DNA of 52,414 nt from Gaiellaceae bacterium (lineage in GTDB: Bacteria; Actinomycetota; Thermoleophilia; Gaiellales; Gaiellaceae). Shown here one piece after another: positions 17,065 through 31,270 of the stretch. The position numbers and the translations under genes were made by a program. The stretch's first letter is position 1. Each line of letters starts with the position of its first letter. The notes below the pieces were generated by a model. The model had not been told where the DNA came from and did not search any database. It saw nothing but the letters and a program-made list of their open reading frames with translations. The DNA lies in contig DATIYE010000010.1 in assembly GCA_035517795.1 (NCBI GenBank), forward strand, positions 1-52,414. The letters are read 5' to 3'.

Positions 17065-17721
17065 TCAGCCCGGGATCAGATCGTCGAGGGTGTCCGGCAG
17101 CTCCGTCAGATCCGGGAGCTCCCGCGTCGGAGAGGTCACCGGGCGTTCCCGGAGGCGGTTGATCCAGATGTTCGGGATCCGGAGCTTGCTCGCGGGTCCG
17201 ATGTCGTGGTAGTTGCTGGCGGCAACGTGCACGTGGCGGCGCGGGTCGACGAGTGTGCGGTCCCGGAACTCGAGCCAGTGCGTGAGCGCCGGCTTGAAGG
17301 AGTGGATCTCCGATGCGACGACTGTCTCGTCGAAGGGGACGCCGAGCGCCGCTTTCGAAGCCGTGATCAGGTCGGGGTCCGAGTTCGACAGGATCGCAAG
17401 ACGCCAGCCCCGCTCGCGCGCCTCGGCGAGCGCATCTCGCACCTCCGGAAACGGCTGCCAGGACGTCAGAGAATCGGCAAGCCCGCCCTCCTCGCCCTCC
17501 GGCGCGCCGAGCCGCTTCATCGCCTCGGTCATCACCTCTCGGTAGGAGCGGCTCCCGTCGCGCTCGAGCTCGGCCTCCGCCGCGTGATAGGCCTCGAGCT
17601 TCGCCGCGATCTCGTCCTCGTCGTGACCGAACAGCCGCTCGAGCTCGACCTGGATCCCCCGGTTCCAGTCGATCAGCGTGCCGTAGCAGTCGAAGGTTGC
17701 CCAGCGGTCCTCTTCGCGCAT
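17065..17721 (-). CDS. HAD-superfamily hydrolase (type II haloacid-dehalogenase-like)
   Basis: 218-aa ORF with WATFDCYGTLIDW (DxYGT motif I), LAILSNSD, and a distal KP...HV.AS region. Confidence 0.8.
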   Translation of the reverse strand: MREEDRWATFDCYGTLIDWNRGIQVELERLFGHDEDEIAAKLEAYHAAEAELERDGSRSYREVMTEAMKRLGAPEGEEGGLADSLTSWQPFPEVRDALAEARERGWRLAILSNSDPDLITASKAALGVPFDETVVASEIHSFKPALTHWLEFRDRTLVDPRRHVHVAASNYHDIGPASKLRIPNIWINRLRERPVTSPTRELPDLTELPDTLDDLIPG

Positions 17722-17727
17722 GAAGCC

Positions 17728-18996
17728 CTAGGAGTTCTCGCCTTCCCACCTTCGCAGCACGATGGTCGCGTTGTGTCCGCCGAAGCCGAACGAGTTCGAC
17801 ACCGCGGTGTGGAGCCCGGGCACCTCGCGGGACTCGTTCGGGACGTAGTCGAGATCGCACTCCGGATCGGGATCCTCGAAGTTGATCGTGGGCGGCACCA
17901 CGCGATCACGCAAGGCGAGAGTGGTGAAGATCGCCTCGATCGCGCCGGCGGCGCCGAAGCAGTGACCGGTCGCGCCCTTCGTCGACGACACAGGGGTGCG
18001 GCGTGCGTGGTCCTCGCCGAGCGCGACCTTGATCACCTTCGTCTCGGCCGCATCGCCTAGCGGAGTCGAGGTCGCATGAGCGTTGACGTAGCCCACGTCC
18101 GTCGGCTCGATCCCGGCATCGGCGAGCGCTGCTCGCATTGCGCGGGCAGGGCTGCGGCCGGTTGGATCGGGCTCGGTGATATGCGCCGCGTCGGCTGAAA
18201 TGCCGTAGCCGATCAGCTCTGCGTAGATCCCGGCGCCGCGCGTCCTGGCCCGCTCGAGCTCCTCGAGCACGACTGCGCCGGCCGCCTCACCCATCACGAG
18301 CCCGTCGCGGCCGGCGTCGAAGGGCCTGGAGGCTGCGGCCGGATCGTCATTACGGCGCGAGAGCGCCCGCATCGCATCGAATCCGGCGACCCCGACCCGG
18401 GTCACCGGGGCCTCGCTGCCTCCCGCGATCATCGCGTCGGCACGGCCGAGGCGGATCGCGTCGAGTGCGTCGCCGATCGCCATGTTCGACGCGGCACAGG
18501 CCGTGCACTGGCTCATCAGCGGCCCCTTGGGGCCGAGCTCGATCGAGACCCAACCCGCGCCCATGTTGGGGATGATGCAGGGGATTGAGAACGGGCTGAC
18601 GCGATCTGGGCCCCGCTCGAGCAGCACGTCGTAGCAGTCCTGGAACGACCCTAGACCCCCGATGCCCGTCGCGATCGAGGCGCCGATCCGCTCGGGGTCG
18701 GCCGCGATGTCGATCCCGGAGTCCTGCTCCGCCTGGCGCGCCGCCGCGAGGATCATCTGCGCGAAGCGGTCCATGCGCCGCGACGCCTTGTAGTCGATCC
18801 AGTCGGTCGGGTCGAAGTCCTTCAGCTCGCACGCGAAGTGCACCGGGTAGCCGTCGTGGTCGAACTGGGTGATCTCCCCCGCCCCGGATTCGCCCGCAAC
18901 CAGGCGGCTCCAGCTCGTCTCGGCGTCGTTGCCGAGCGACGAGACCATGCCGATCCCGGTGACGACGACGCGTCTTCTTCCGTTGCCGTTCTCCAC
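17728..18996 (-). CDS. fabF: Beta-ketoacyl-ACP synthase II
   Basis: GTG at 18996 within ORF 17728..19377 gives VENGNGRRRVVVTGIGMVSSLG...SQCTACAAS (active-site Cys)...NAHATSTPLGD...STKGATGHCFGAAG...NSFGFGGHNA. The start shares one base with the fabG TAG stop. Confidence 0.93.
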   Translation of the reverse strand: MENGNGRRRVVVTGIGMVSSLGNDAETSWSRLVAGESGAGEITQFDHDGYPVHFACELKDFDPTDWIDYKASRRMDRFAQMILAAARQAEQDSGIDIAADPERIGASIATGIGGLGSFQDCYDVLLERGPDRVSPFSIPCIIPNMGAGWVSIELGPKGPLMSQCTACAASNMAIGDALDAIRLGRADAMIAGGSEAPVTRVGVAGFDAMRALSRRNDDPAAASRPFDAGRDGLVMGEAAGAVVLEELERARTRGAGIYAELIGYGISADAAHITEPDPTGRSPARAMRAALADAGIEPTDVGYVNAHATSTPLGDAAETKVIKVALGEDHARRTPVSSTKGATGHCFGAAGAIEAIFTTLALRDRVVPPTINFEDPDPECDLDYVPNESREVPGLHTAVSNSFGFGGHNATIVLRRWEGENS

Positions 18997-19724
18997 TACA
19001 TCCCCAGTCCGCCGTCGACGAGCAGCACCTCGCCCGTGATGAACGAGGCCTCGTCCGAGCAGAGGAACCGTACCGCTCCGGCCACGTCCGCGGGATCGCC
19101 CAATCGCCCGAGCGGCGTGTTCGCCAGCATCAGCGCCTTGCCCTCTTCGGGGATCACGTCGGTGAGCCGCGTCTTCACGTACCCCGGAGCGACCACGTTC
19201 GCGCGAACACCGCGCGAGCCGAGCTCCCGGGCGAGCGACTTCGTGAAGCCGATGATCCCGGCCTTTGCGGCGCCGTAGTTGGTCTGACCGAAATTGCCGT
19301 GGAGACCGACGATCGAGCTGACGTTGACGATCGCTCCCGACCGCTTCCTCATCATCGGCCGGGTCACCGCGCGGCACGTGTAGAACACCGAGCTCAGGTT
19401 CGTCTGGATGACTGCGTTCCAGTCCTCGTCGGACATCCGCGCCAGGAGCCCGTCTCGCGTGAGACCCGCATTGTTCACGAGGATGTCGACGTCGCCGGAC
19501 TCGTCGACGAGCCGTAGGGCGTCGCCGGCGCTCGACACGTCCGCGGACACCGCCCTGCCGCCGATCTCGGCGGCCACCTCCTCGGCCTCCCCGGCCCCCG
19601 ACCGGTAGCCGACGACCACCTCGGCCCCCGCCCGGGCAAGCTCGACCGCGATCGCACGACCGATTCCCCGCGAGCCGCCGGTGACGAGCGCTGTTCTCCC
19701 TTCGAGGGAGCAGAACTCAGCCAA
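18996..19724 (-). CDS. fabG: 3-oxoacyl-ACP reductase
   Basis: 242-aa SDR with ALVTGGSRGIGRAIA...NNAG...YGAAKAG...LLVDGGLGM. Confidence 0.92.
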   Translation of the reverse strand: MAEFCSLEGRTALVTGGSRGIGRAIAVELARAGAEVVVGYRSGAGEAEEVAAEIGGRAVSADVSSAGDALRLVDESGDVDILVNNAGLTRDGLLARMSDEDWNAVIQTNLSSVFYTCRAVTRPMMRKRSGAIVNVSSIVGLHGNFGQTNYGAAKAGIIGFTKSLARELGSRGVRANVVAPGYVKTRLTDVIPEEGKALMLANTPLGRLGDPADVAGAVRFLCSDEASFITGEVLLVDGGLGM

Positions 19725-20637
19725 GCTCGTGTGCGGCTGCGTTCAGCGATTTCAGGTCGTTGACCGAGATCGCCTTCACGGAGCTGTCGATCCTCTTCAG
19801 TAAACCGCTGAGGACGTTCCCCGGGCCAACCTCGACGAACGTCGTGACGCCGCTGCCGACCAGCTCGCGGGCCGATTGCGTGAACCTGACCGGGGCCGTG
19901 AGCTGCTCGACGAGGAGCGTGCGCAACCGGGAGGCGTCCTCCAGCTTCGCGGTCACGGTCGAGACGAAGTGCGCTGTGGGGGCCTTGAAGTCGATCCGCT
20001 CGATCGCGGGTCGCAACCTCTCGGCGGCCAGTTCGACGAGCGGCGAGTGGAACGCCCCGGAGACCTTGAGCCGCACGGCTCGCCGCGCGCCTTCACGTTG
20101 CGCCTCCGAGCAGCACTCCTCCACCGCGTCGGTCTCGCCCGAGACGACGAGCTGCCCCGGGCAGTTGTAGTTGGCAGGCCATACGTTGTGGATCTTCTTG
20201 CAGAGAGCCTCGACCGCCTCGTCGGCAAGTCCGAGGATCGCCGCCATCGATCCCGGGCGCTCGCTGGCCGCAGCGGCCATCGCAAGGCCGCGCTCGCGGA
20301 CGAGCCGGATCGCCTCGGGCACCTCGAGCGCTCCGGCGGAGCCGAGCGCCGAGAACTCGCCGACCGAGTGACCGACGACGAAGTCGGGCGAGATCCCGCG
20401 GGCGCGCAACGCCGCGTCGATCGCGAGGCTGGTGGCCACGAGGGCCGGCTGCTGGAGATCGGTGCGGGTGAGCTCCTCGGCCGTCCCGGCGAAGCACAGC
20501 TCGCGCAGGTCGAGGCCGGAGGCCTCGCTCCCCTCGTCGTACACGGCCATCGCCGCCGGCACCGCCTCGGCGATCTCGCGGCCCATGCCGAGCTCGAACG
20601 AGCCCTGCCCCGGGAACATGAATGCCAGCTTGTTCAT
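19717..20637 (-). CDS. fabD: Malonyl-CoA:ACP transacylase
   Basis: ATG at 20637 (ATGA overlap with the fabH stop) gives [19 protein letters not shown]...VVGHSVGEFSA (active-site Ser)...SGAFHSPL. Confidence 0.92.
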   Translation of the reverse strand: MNKLAFMFPGQGSFELGMGREIAEAVPAAMAVYDEGSEASGLDLRELCFAGTAEELTRTDLQQPALVATSLAIDAALRARGISPDFVVGHSVGEFSALGSAGALEVPEAIRLVRERGLAMAAAASERPGSMAAILGLADEAVEALCKKIHNVWPANYNCPGQLVVSGETDAVEECCSEAQREGARRAVRLKVSGAFHSPLVELAAERLRPAIERIDFKAPTAHFVSTVTAKLEDASRLRTLLVEQLTAPVRFTQSARELVGSGVTTFVEVGPGNVLSGLLKRIDSSVKAISVNDLKSLNAAAHELG

Positions 20638-21635
20638 GAGGTCGCTCCCATAGTCGCATGTGTCCAACGTATGACGGCGGAGCCCCAGGTCAACCCGGCT
20701 CCCATTCCCGTCATCAGAACGAGGCTTCCCGGGCGCAGGCGGCCGTCGCTTACCGCGTCGGCGAGCGCAAGCGGGATCGAGCCCGACGACGTGTTGCCGT
20801 ATCTGTCCACGTTGACGACCACCTTCTGCTCGGGGAAGCCTAATCTGCGGACAGCGTGGTCGATGATCCGGACGTTCGCTTGATGAGGAACGTAGACGTC
20901 GACGTCGTCCACCGAGAGGCCGGAGGCCTCGAGAGCCGCCTCCGCCGAGCTGACGAGGACCCGCGTCGCGAACTTGAACACCTCGCGCCCGTTCATCTTC
21001 AGGTGGGGGCTCTCCTGGTTCGGCTTCGACCCGATTCCCGGCAATGTGAGCTCGAACCCCCCGGCGCCGTCGGCACCGAGCTCGAAGCCGAGAAACCCGG
21101 CTTCATCGACCGGCTCGAGGACGACCGCTCCGGCACCGTCGCCGAACAGGACGAGCGTCGAGCGGTCGGTCCAGTCGAGCACGCGTGAGAGCACGTCGCC
21201 GCCGATCACGAGAGCCCTTCGAGAGAGGCCCGAGGCGACCGAGGCATGAGCCTGCGCCAGCGCGTACATGAACCCCGTGCACCCGGCCGAGAGGTCGTAG
21301 GCCCCTGCGTCGGCGCATCCGAGCGCATCCGCGACGAGCGCAGCCGTAGCGGGGAAGGCCATATCAGGAGTGACCGTGGCGACCACGACCAGATCGACGT
21401 CCCGAGCCCGAACACCGGCATCAGCCAGCGCTTCCCGTGCAGCGGGAAGCGCCAGGTCCGACATCACCTCCGTGTCGGTCGCCATACGCCGCTCGCGAAT
21501 CCCCGTGCGGGTGCGGATCCACTCGTCGGACGTCTCGACGTACTGCGCGAGCTCGTCGTTCGTGACCACCCGCTCGGGGACGTGACAGCCGAGGCCGGTG
21601 ATCGAGACGGACCGGCCGGCGGCGCGAGCCTTCAC
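20634..21635 (-). CDS. fabH: Beta-ketoacyl-ACP synthase III
   Basis: GTG at 21635 (GTGA overlap with the fabZ stop) gives [29 protein letters not shown]...[11 protein letters not shown] (active-site Cys)...[10 protein letters not shown]...NTSSGSIP. Confidence 0.92.
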   Translation of the reverse strand: MKARAAGRSVSITGLGCHVPERVVTNDELAQYVETSDEWIRTRTGIRERRMATDTEVMSDLALPAAREALADAGVRARDVDLVVVATVTPDMAFPATAALVADALGCADAGAYDLSAGCTGFMYALAQAHASVASGLSRRALVIGGDVLSRVLDWTDRSTLVLFGDGAGAVVLEPVDEAGFLGFELGADGAGGFELTLPGIGSKPNQESPHLKMNGREVFKFATRVLVSSAEAALEASGLSVDDVDVYVPHQANVRIIDHAVRRLGFPEQKVVVNVDRYGNTSSGSIPLALADAVSDGRLRPGSLVLMTGMGAGLTWGSAVIRWTHATMGATS

Positions 21636-22078
21636 TCGCCCGCCCCGGTCCCGGAGGCGACCGCGAAGGTGAGCATTCCTCGCACGGCGAGCTCGCCTCC
21701 GACCGATGCCCGTACCTTGCCCTTGCCAACCGGGCCTCGCACCGACTCCACCTCGCACTCGAGCTCGAGCACGTCTCCGGGCCGGACGATCCGCTTGAAC
21801 CGGACGTCGTCTATCCCCGCGAAGAGGACGAGCCGTCCTTCGTTCTCGGGCCGGGAGAGGACGGCGACCGCCCCGCACTGGGCCAGCGCCTCGACCATCT
21901 TCACCCCGGGCATGATCGGGTTCCCGGGGAAGTGTCCGGCGCAGTCCTCCTCGGTCACGGTCTTGCGGGCCGAGACCCGCTCGCCGGGCACGAGCTCGAG
22001 CACCTCGTCCACGAGCAGGAACGGGTGACGGTGCGGGATGATCTGCTCGATCTCCGACTTCCCCAGCGCCGAGCTCAT
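21632..22078 (-). CDS. fabZ: 3-hydroxyacyl-ACP dehydratase
   Basis: ATG at 22078 gives [26 protein letters not shown]...[22 protein letters not shown], the FabZ signature. Confidence 0.92.
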   Translation of the reverse strand: MSSALGKSEIEQIIPHRHPFLLVDEVLELVPGERVSARKTVTEEDCAGHFPGNPIMPGVKMVEALAQCGAVAVLSRPENEGRLVLFAGIDDVRFKRIVRPGDVLELECEVESVRGPVGKGKVRASVGGELAVRGMLTFAVASGTGAGE

Positions 22079-22100
22079 AGGCCACTCTGCGGTTGGACGC

Positions 22101-22700
22101 TCATGCGGAAAGCTGCTCGCGCAGCGACGCACGGCCGCGGTGCGCGTAGCACTTGGCGGTTCCGACCGGGAGCCCGGTCGCCTGGGAGATCGCGCCGAAC
22201 CCGACATCGAAGGCGTCCTTCAGCGCCACGACAGTGGCCTGAGCCGCCGGCAGCTCGGCCAGGCAGCGTCCGAGCTCACGTCGTGTCTCCGACGAGGTCA
22301 GCGCGCTCACGGGGTCGCCGTCACGTGCAGGCCGCTCGTCAACCAACAGGGGCTCGGTCCGGCGAACGGCCCGACCCTGGGCGAAGTCCTTGCACGTGTT
22401 GACGACGAGCCGGTGCAGCCAGGTGGAGAACTGCGACTCGCCCCGGAACTGCCGGATCCGTACCACGAGCTTGGCGAGCGACTCCTGCGAGGCGTCCCTC
22501 GCGTCTTCGGGATCGCGAAGCAGATGCAGCGCCAGCCGCTCCACCCGCGGCGCATGCCGCTCGCAGAGCGCCTCGAGCGCCCGGCGGTCACCGGACTTGG
22601 CGCGTGTCACGAGGATCGGATCGGAGAGACGCTCGTAGACGAGTGGGGCATCGTGGCGACCACGGCTGGTTGGACGGCCCTGCGCTTGGGGGGGTTGCAC
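22101..22700 (-). CDS. ECF-type sigma-70 family RNA polymerase sigma factor
   Basis: 199-aa ORF. Region 2 reads [37 protein letters not shown]. Region 4 HTH reads [39 protein letters not shown]. The start is uncertain; GTG at 22700 is the longest option. Confidence 0.85.
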   Translation of the reverse strand: MQPPQAQGRPTSRGRHDAPLVYERLSDPILVTRAKSGDRRALEALCERHAPRVERLALHLLRDPEDARDASQESLAKLVVRIRQFRGESQFSTWLHRLVVNTCKDFAQGRAVRRTEPLLVDERPARDGDPVSALTSSETRRELGRCLAELPAAQATVVALKDAFDVGFGAISQATGLPVGTAKCYAHRGRASLREQLSA

Positions 22701-22721
22701 GGCGGGCCTACTCTAGTAGCC

Positions 22722-23249
22722 ATGGCGCTCGTGCCAGAGATCGTGCTGCCGATGCTGCGGGGCAGCTTCGGCCGCGTCTACCTCCACGCGCTCGAGACTC
22801 CTTCGACCCAGGGAATGCCCTCCCGGGACGCATCTCACGGCACCGTTGCGGTCGCCGAGCACCAGACCGCGGGACGCGGGAGGCTCGGGCGCATCTGGGT
22901 CGACGAGCCCGGGGCCGGGCTCGCGCTCTCGGTCGTCCTGCGGCCGCCGCCTCCGGTCACACGCTGGCCCGAACTCACGCTCGTGGCCGCCCGGGCGGTC
23001 GCCGGGGCGGTCGGGCCCGAGGCGGAGATCAAGCCTCCGAACGACGTCCTCGTCGCTGGGAAAAAGGTGGCCGGGATCCTCGCCGAGGCCGGCGACCGCG
23101 TCGTGCTGGGCATCGGGGTCAACGTCGGAGAGGCCCCGTGGCCCGGAGCCGGCTACGTAGAGCGCGATCGCCTCGAGCTGCTGGTCGAGATCCTCGACCT
23201 CCTCGAGCAGGGCTACGAAGCGTGGCTTTCCGGCCAGGACCGCTTGTAA
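22722..23249 (+). CDS. birA: Biotin--[acetyl-CoA-carboxylase] ligase, unusually short (no HTH; short C-terminus)
   Basis: ATG at 22722 within ORF 22038..23249. It carries the biotin-binding loop HQTAGRGRLGRIW, then KPPNDVLVAGKKVAGILAE and GIGVNV. It is only 175 aa. Confidence 0.8.
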   Translation: MALVPEIVLPMLRGSFGRVYLHALETPSTQGMPSRDASHGTVAVAEHQTAGRGRLGRIWVDEPGAGLALSVVLRPPPPVTRWPELTLVAARAVAGAVGPEAEIKPPNDVLVAGKKVAGILAEAGDRVVLGIGVNVGEAPWPGAGYVERDRLELLVEILDLLEQGYEAWLSGQDRL

Positions 23250-23333
23250 TGCAAGTTGCAAACATCGGGGAGTCGCGGCTTGCAATTCAAACTCGCCCGC
23301 CGGGTTGCCGGGGGCGCCTACACTGATCGCACG

Positions 23334-24614
23334 GTGAAGCTGTCGCTGCTCTTGGCGGCATTGGTCGCGGCGGTGCTCGTCCCCGGCGCAGGCTCCTCGC
23401 CGGCCCCGGCGAAGCCGCGTGTGCTCGCGATCACCTTCAACCAGGAGATCGACCCGGTCACACAGGCGTGGCTGACCGACAAGCTCGATCAAGCGCAGAA
23501 GCACCACTACTCGGCGGCGGTGATCCTCCTCGACACACCGGGCGGGGACGAGGACTCGATGCGGAAGATCGTCCAGAAGGAGCTCAGCCTCAGCGCCTCC
23601 GGGACGCCGGTGATCGTGTACGTCTCGCCGAACGGAGCGAGGGCGGCGTCGGCAGGGGTCTGGCTGTCCCAGGCTGCAGACGTCCTCGCGATGGCACCCG
23701 AGACCAACATCGGCTCCTCGACGCCGATCTCCTCGACCGGAGCGAACCTCGGCAGCGACCTGCGGCGGAAGGTGATCAACGACGCGGCGGCGTCGCTGCG
23801 CGGGCTGGCCAAGACGCACGGACGCAACGCCGCCTGGGCGAACATGGCCGTTCGCAAGGCGTCGAACCTGACGGCGGTCGAGGCGCTGAAGCGAGGCGTG
23901 ATCGACCTGATCTCTCCGAGCCTTCCGGCCTTGCTGAACACGATCGACGGGCGTACCACGATTCCGTTCCACCTGAAGCTCCACACCGCGGACGCGACGA
24001 TCGACAGCACCAAGCCCGGCTTCATCACGCGGTTCCTCTCGACCCTGCTCAACCCGAACCTGGTCTCGCTGCTCTTCCTGGCGGGCATCGCCGGGATCGG
24101 CTTCGAGATCTTCCATCCGGGGGTCATCCTGCCCGGCGCGCTCGGAGCGGTCTCGATGGTCCTCGCCTTGTTCGGACTCTACGTCCTGCCACTGTCCTGG
24201 ACCGGGCTCGGGCTGGTCCTGCTCGGCATCGTGCTGCTCCTGCTCGACGCGCACTACCCGACCCACGGAGCCCTCACCCTGTCCGGCCTCGTAGCCCTCG
24301 GGTTCGGCCTCGCGACGCTCTTCCAGGGCGGAGGCGGCGGGCCGCACACGTCGATACCTCTCGTCGTCTCGCTGACCGTGGTGATCGGCGGTGCCTGGGC
24401 CTGGGCGATCGCGAAGGCGGTGGCGGCACGCCGGCGGCCGGTATCGGTCGGGCCCCAGAAGATCGTCGGCAAGCAGGGAGTCGTGCGCGAGAACGGTCTC
24501 GTCTTCGTGCAGGGAGAGCTCTGGCGCGCCCGGGCCGCAGAACCGCTCAGGGCGGGCCAGCGCGTCGAGGTGGACGAGCTCGAGGGGCTGACCTTGCGCG
24601 TCCATCCGGTATGA
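23334..24614 (+). CDS. NfeD-family membrane-bound ClpP-class serine protease
   Basis: ORF 23256..24614. Signal/TM segment VKLSLLLAALVAAVLV, a ClpP-like domain (LLDTPGG...ARAASAGVWL), multiple TM helices, and a C-terminal OB-fold NfeD domain (GKQGVVRENGLVFVQGELWRARA). The start is GTG 23334 or TTG 23256. Confidence 0.82.
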   Translation: MKLSLLLAALVAAVLVPGAGSSPAPAKPRVLAITFNQEIDPVTQAWLTDKLDQAQKHHYSAAVILLDTPGGDEDSMRKIVQKELSLSASGTPVIVYVSPNGARAASAGVWLSQAADVLAMAPETNIGSSTPISSTGANLGSDLRRKVINDAAASLRGLAKTHGRNAAWANMAVRKASNLTAVEALKRGVIDLISPSLPALLNTIDGRTTIPFHLKLHTADATIDSTKPGFITRFLSTLLNPNLVSLLFLAGIAGIGFEIFHPGVILPGALGAVSMVLALFGLYVLPLSWTGLGLVLLGIVLLLLDAHYPTHGALTLSGLVALGFGLATLFQGGGGGPHTSIPLVVSLTVVIGGAWAWAIAKAVAARRRPVSVGPQKIVGKQGVVRENGLVFVQGELWRARAAEPLRAGQRVEVDELEGLTLRVHPV

Positions 24615-24633
24615 GGCGCTATAGGATCGCGCT

Positions 24634-25404
24634 GTGACCGTCGCCGGGATCGCGCTAGCCGTCGTCCTGTTCGTGCTGGTCCTGTTCCTGATCGGCGCGC
24701 TCAAGGTCGCGCGCGAGTACGAGCGCGGAATCGTCTTCCGGCTCGGCCGCCTCTTCCCCGAGCCCAAAGGGCCGGGACTCTTCATCCTGATCCCGATCGT
24801 CGACAAGATGGTCAAGGTCGACCTAAGGACGATCACCCTCAATATCCCTCCGCAAGAGGTGATCACCAAGGACAACGTCCCGGTCCGCGTGAACGGCGTG
24901 GCCTACTTCCGCATCGTCGATCCGAAGGCGGCGATCGTCCAGGTCGAGAACTACATGGTCGCGACCTCGCAGATCGCCCAGACGACGCTGCGGTCCGTGC
25001 TCGGCCAGCACTCGCTCGACGAGCTGCTCTCGGAGCGAGAGAAGATCAACGTAATCCTGCAGGGCATCATCGACGAGCAGACCGCGCCGTGGGGGATCAA
25101 GGTCTCGATCGTCGAGCTGAAGGACGTCGAGATCCCTCAGGGGATGCAGCGCGCCATGGCGCGACAGGCCGAGGCCGAGCGCGAGCGGCGCGCCAAGGTG
25201 ATCGCCGCCGAGGGCGAGTTCCAGGCCTCGGAGCGGTTGAAGGACGCCGCACTCGTGATCGAGGAGCATCCGATCGCCCTGCAGCTCCGCTATCTGCAGA
25301 CGCTGCTCGAGCTGGGGTCGTCGGCGTCGACGACGATCGTCTTCCCCGCCCCGGTCGACATCATTTCGTCGTTCCTGCCGAAGCCGGTCGAGAAGACCTC
25401 GTAG
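24634..25404 (+). CDS. SPFH/stomatin (slipin) family protein
   Basis: 256-aa ORF with an N-terminal TM helix, then [15 protein letters not shown]...[17 protein letters not shown]...[17 protein letters not shown]...[12 protein letters not shown]. This is the classical partner of the upstream NfeD. Confidence 0.92.
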   Translation: MTVAGIALAVVLFVLVLFLIGALKVAREYERGIVFRLGRLFPEPKGPGLFILIPIVDKMVKVDLRTITLNIPPQEVITKDNVPVRVNGVAYFRIVDPKAAIVQVENYMVATSQIAQTTLRSVLGQHSLDELLSEREKINVILQGIIDEQTAPWGIKVSIVELKDVEIPQGMQRAMARQAEAERERRAKVIAAEGEFQASERLKDAALVIEEHPIALQLRYLQTLLELGSSASTTIVFPAPVDIISSFLPKPVEKTS

Positions 25405-25711
25405 CCCTCGAGGGGTGCGACTCGCGGAACCTGCGGGCCGCCGCGATCGCGGCGCCGAGATTCAGGCCCTTGTCCCGGCCCTGCTTGATCAGCATCACGG
25501 TCTCGATCGCGTCCATGTCGTAGATCCGCTGCTTTCGGCCCTTCGTCGGTATCTGGGCCTTGTTCGTCCAGTAGTCGAGCTGCATCTTCGAGATTCCGGC
25601 AAGACGGCAAACCTGGCTCAGGTAGAGCTCGATCCTGTCGATGCGCGCGGCCATGTCGACCGGTTCCAGCACGACCTCGCCGCGCTCGTATCCCGTCTCG
25701 CGATCTGCCAT
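25361..25711 (-). CDS. Small MerR-family HTH protein (DNA-binding domain only)
   Basis: 116-aa ORF with [27 protein letters not shown]...[28 protein letters not shown], a MerR-type HTH plus wing. GGAGGG lies 7 nt before the ATG at 25711. The 3' end overlaps the convergent stomatin gene by 44 nt. Confidence 0.7.
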   Translation of the reverse strand: MADRETGYERGEVVLEPVDMAARIDRIELYLSQVCRLAGISKMQLDYWTNKAQIPTKGRKQRIYDMDAIETVMLIKQGRDKGLNLGAAIAAARRFRESHPSRATRSSRPASAGTTK

Positions 25712-25750
25712 CTCGCGACCCTCCGCGGTCGGTACGGGGCCTTCGGGCGA

Positions 25751-25779
25751 CTTATAACGGGTCTGTTGCCGAAAGTGAA
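25751..25779 (-). promoter_or_regulatory. Candidate promoter of the MerR-like gene (TTCACT-17 nt-TATAAG)
   Basis: On the minus strand, TTCACT (25779..25774), a 17-nt spacer, then TATAAG (25756..25751), in the 81-bp gap between the gyrA stop and the MerR-like start. Confidence 0.35.
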
Positions 25780-25792
25780 GCGGCTACCGGCC

Positions 25793-31262
<5,470 letters not shown>

Positions 31263-31270
<8 letters not shown>

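Noticed and set aside
16172-17860. Very long N-terminal extensions in the ORF track for accD (562 aa), fabH (483 aa), fabF (549 aa), thiD (457 aa), the HAD at 1549 (318 aa), moeA (529 aa) and the PBP (829 aa).
   Set aside because: In each case the family-typical N-terminus begins at an internal start codon that forms a 1-13-nt overlap with the upstream gene's stop. The extension overlaps that upstream gene in another frame and is low-complexity.
22686-22700. G7 homopolymer (cttGGGGGGGttgcac) at the sigma/birA divergent junction, considered as a phase-variation tract.
   Set aside because: Seven-base G/C runs are common in high-GC genomes; a C7 run also occurs in yidC near 36707. There is no evidence of length heterogeneity from a single sequence.
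23250-23333. Two palindromic TTGCAA hexamers, 24 bp apart (23256..23261 and 23280..23285), upstream of nfeD, considered as -35 boxes or an operator.
   Set aside because: No -10-like hexamer lies at 16-19 bp from either copy. The first TTG is itself a possible nfeD start codon, so the region may simply be coding.
22713-24875. 720-aa ORF on the minus strand, antisense to birA, nfeD and the SPFH gene.
   Set aside because: Its composition is dominated by Arg/Asp/Glu/Pro/Gly/His with no recognisable motifs. It lies entirely opposite genes with clear family signatures. Long stop-free antisense frames are expected in high-GC DNA.
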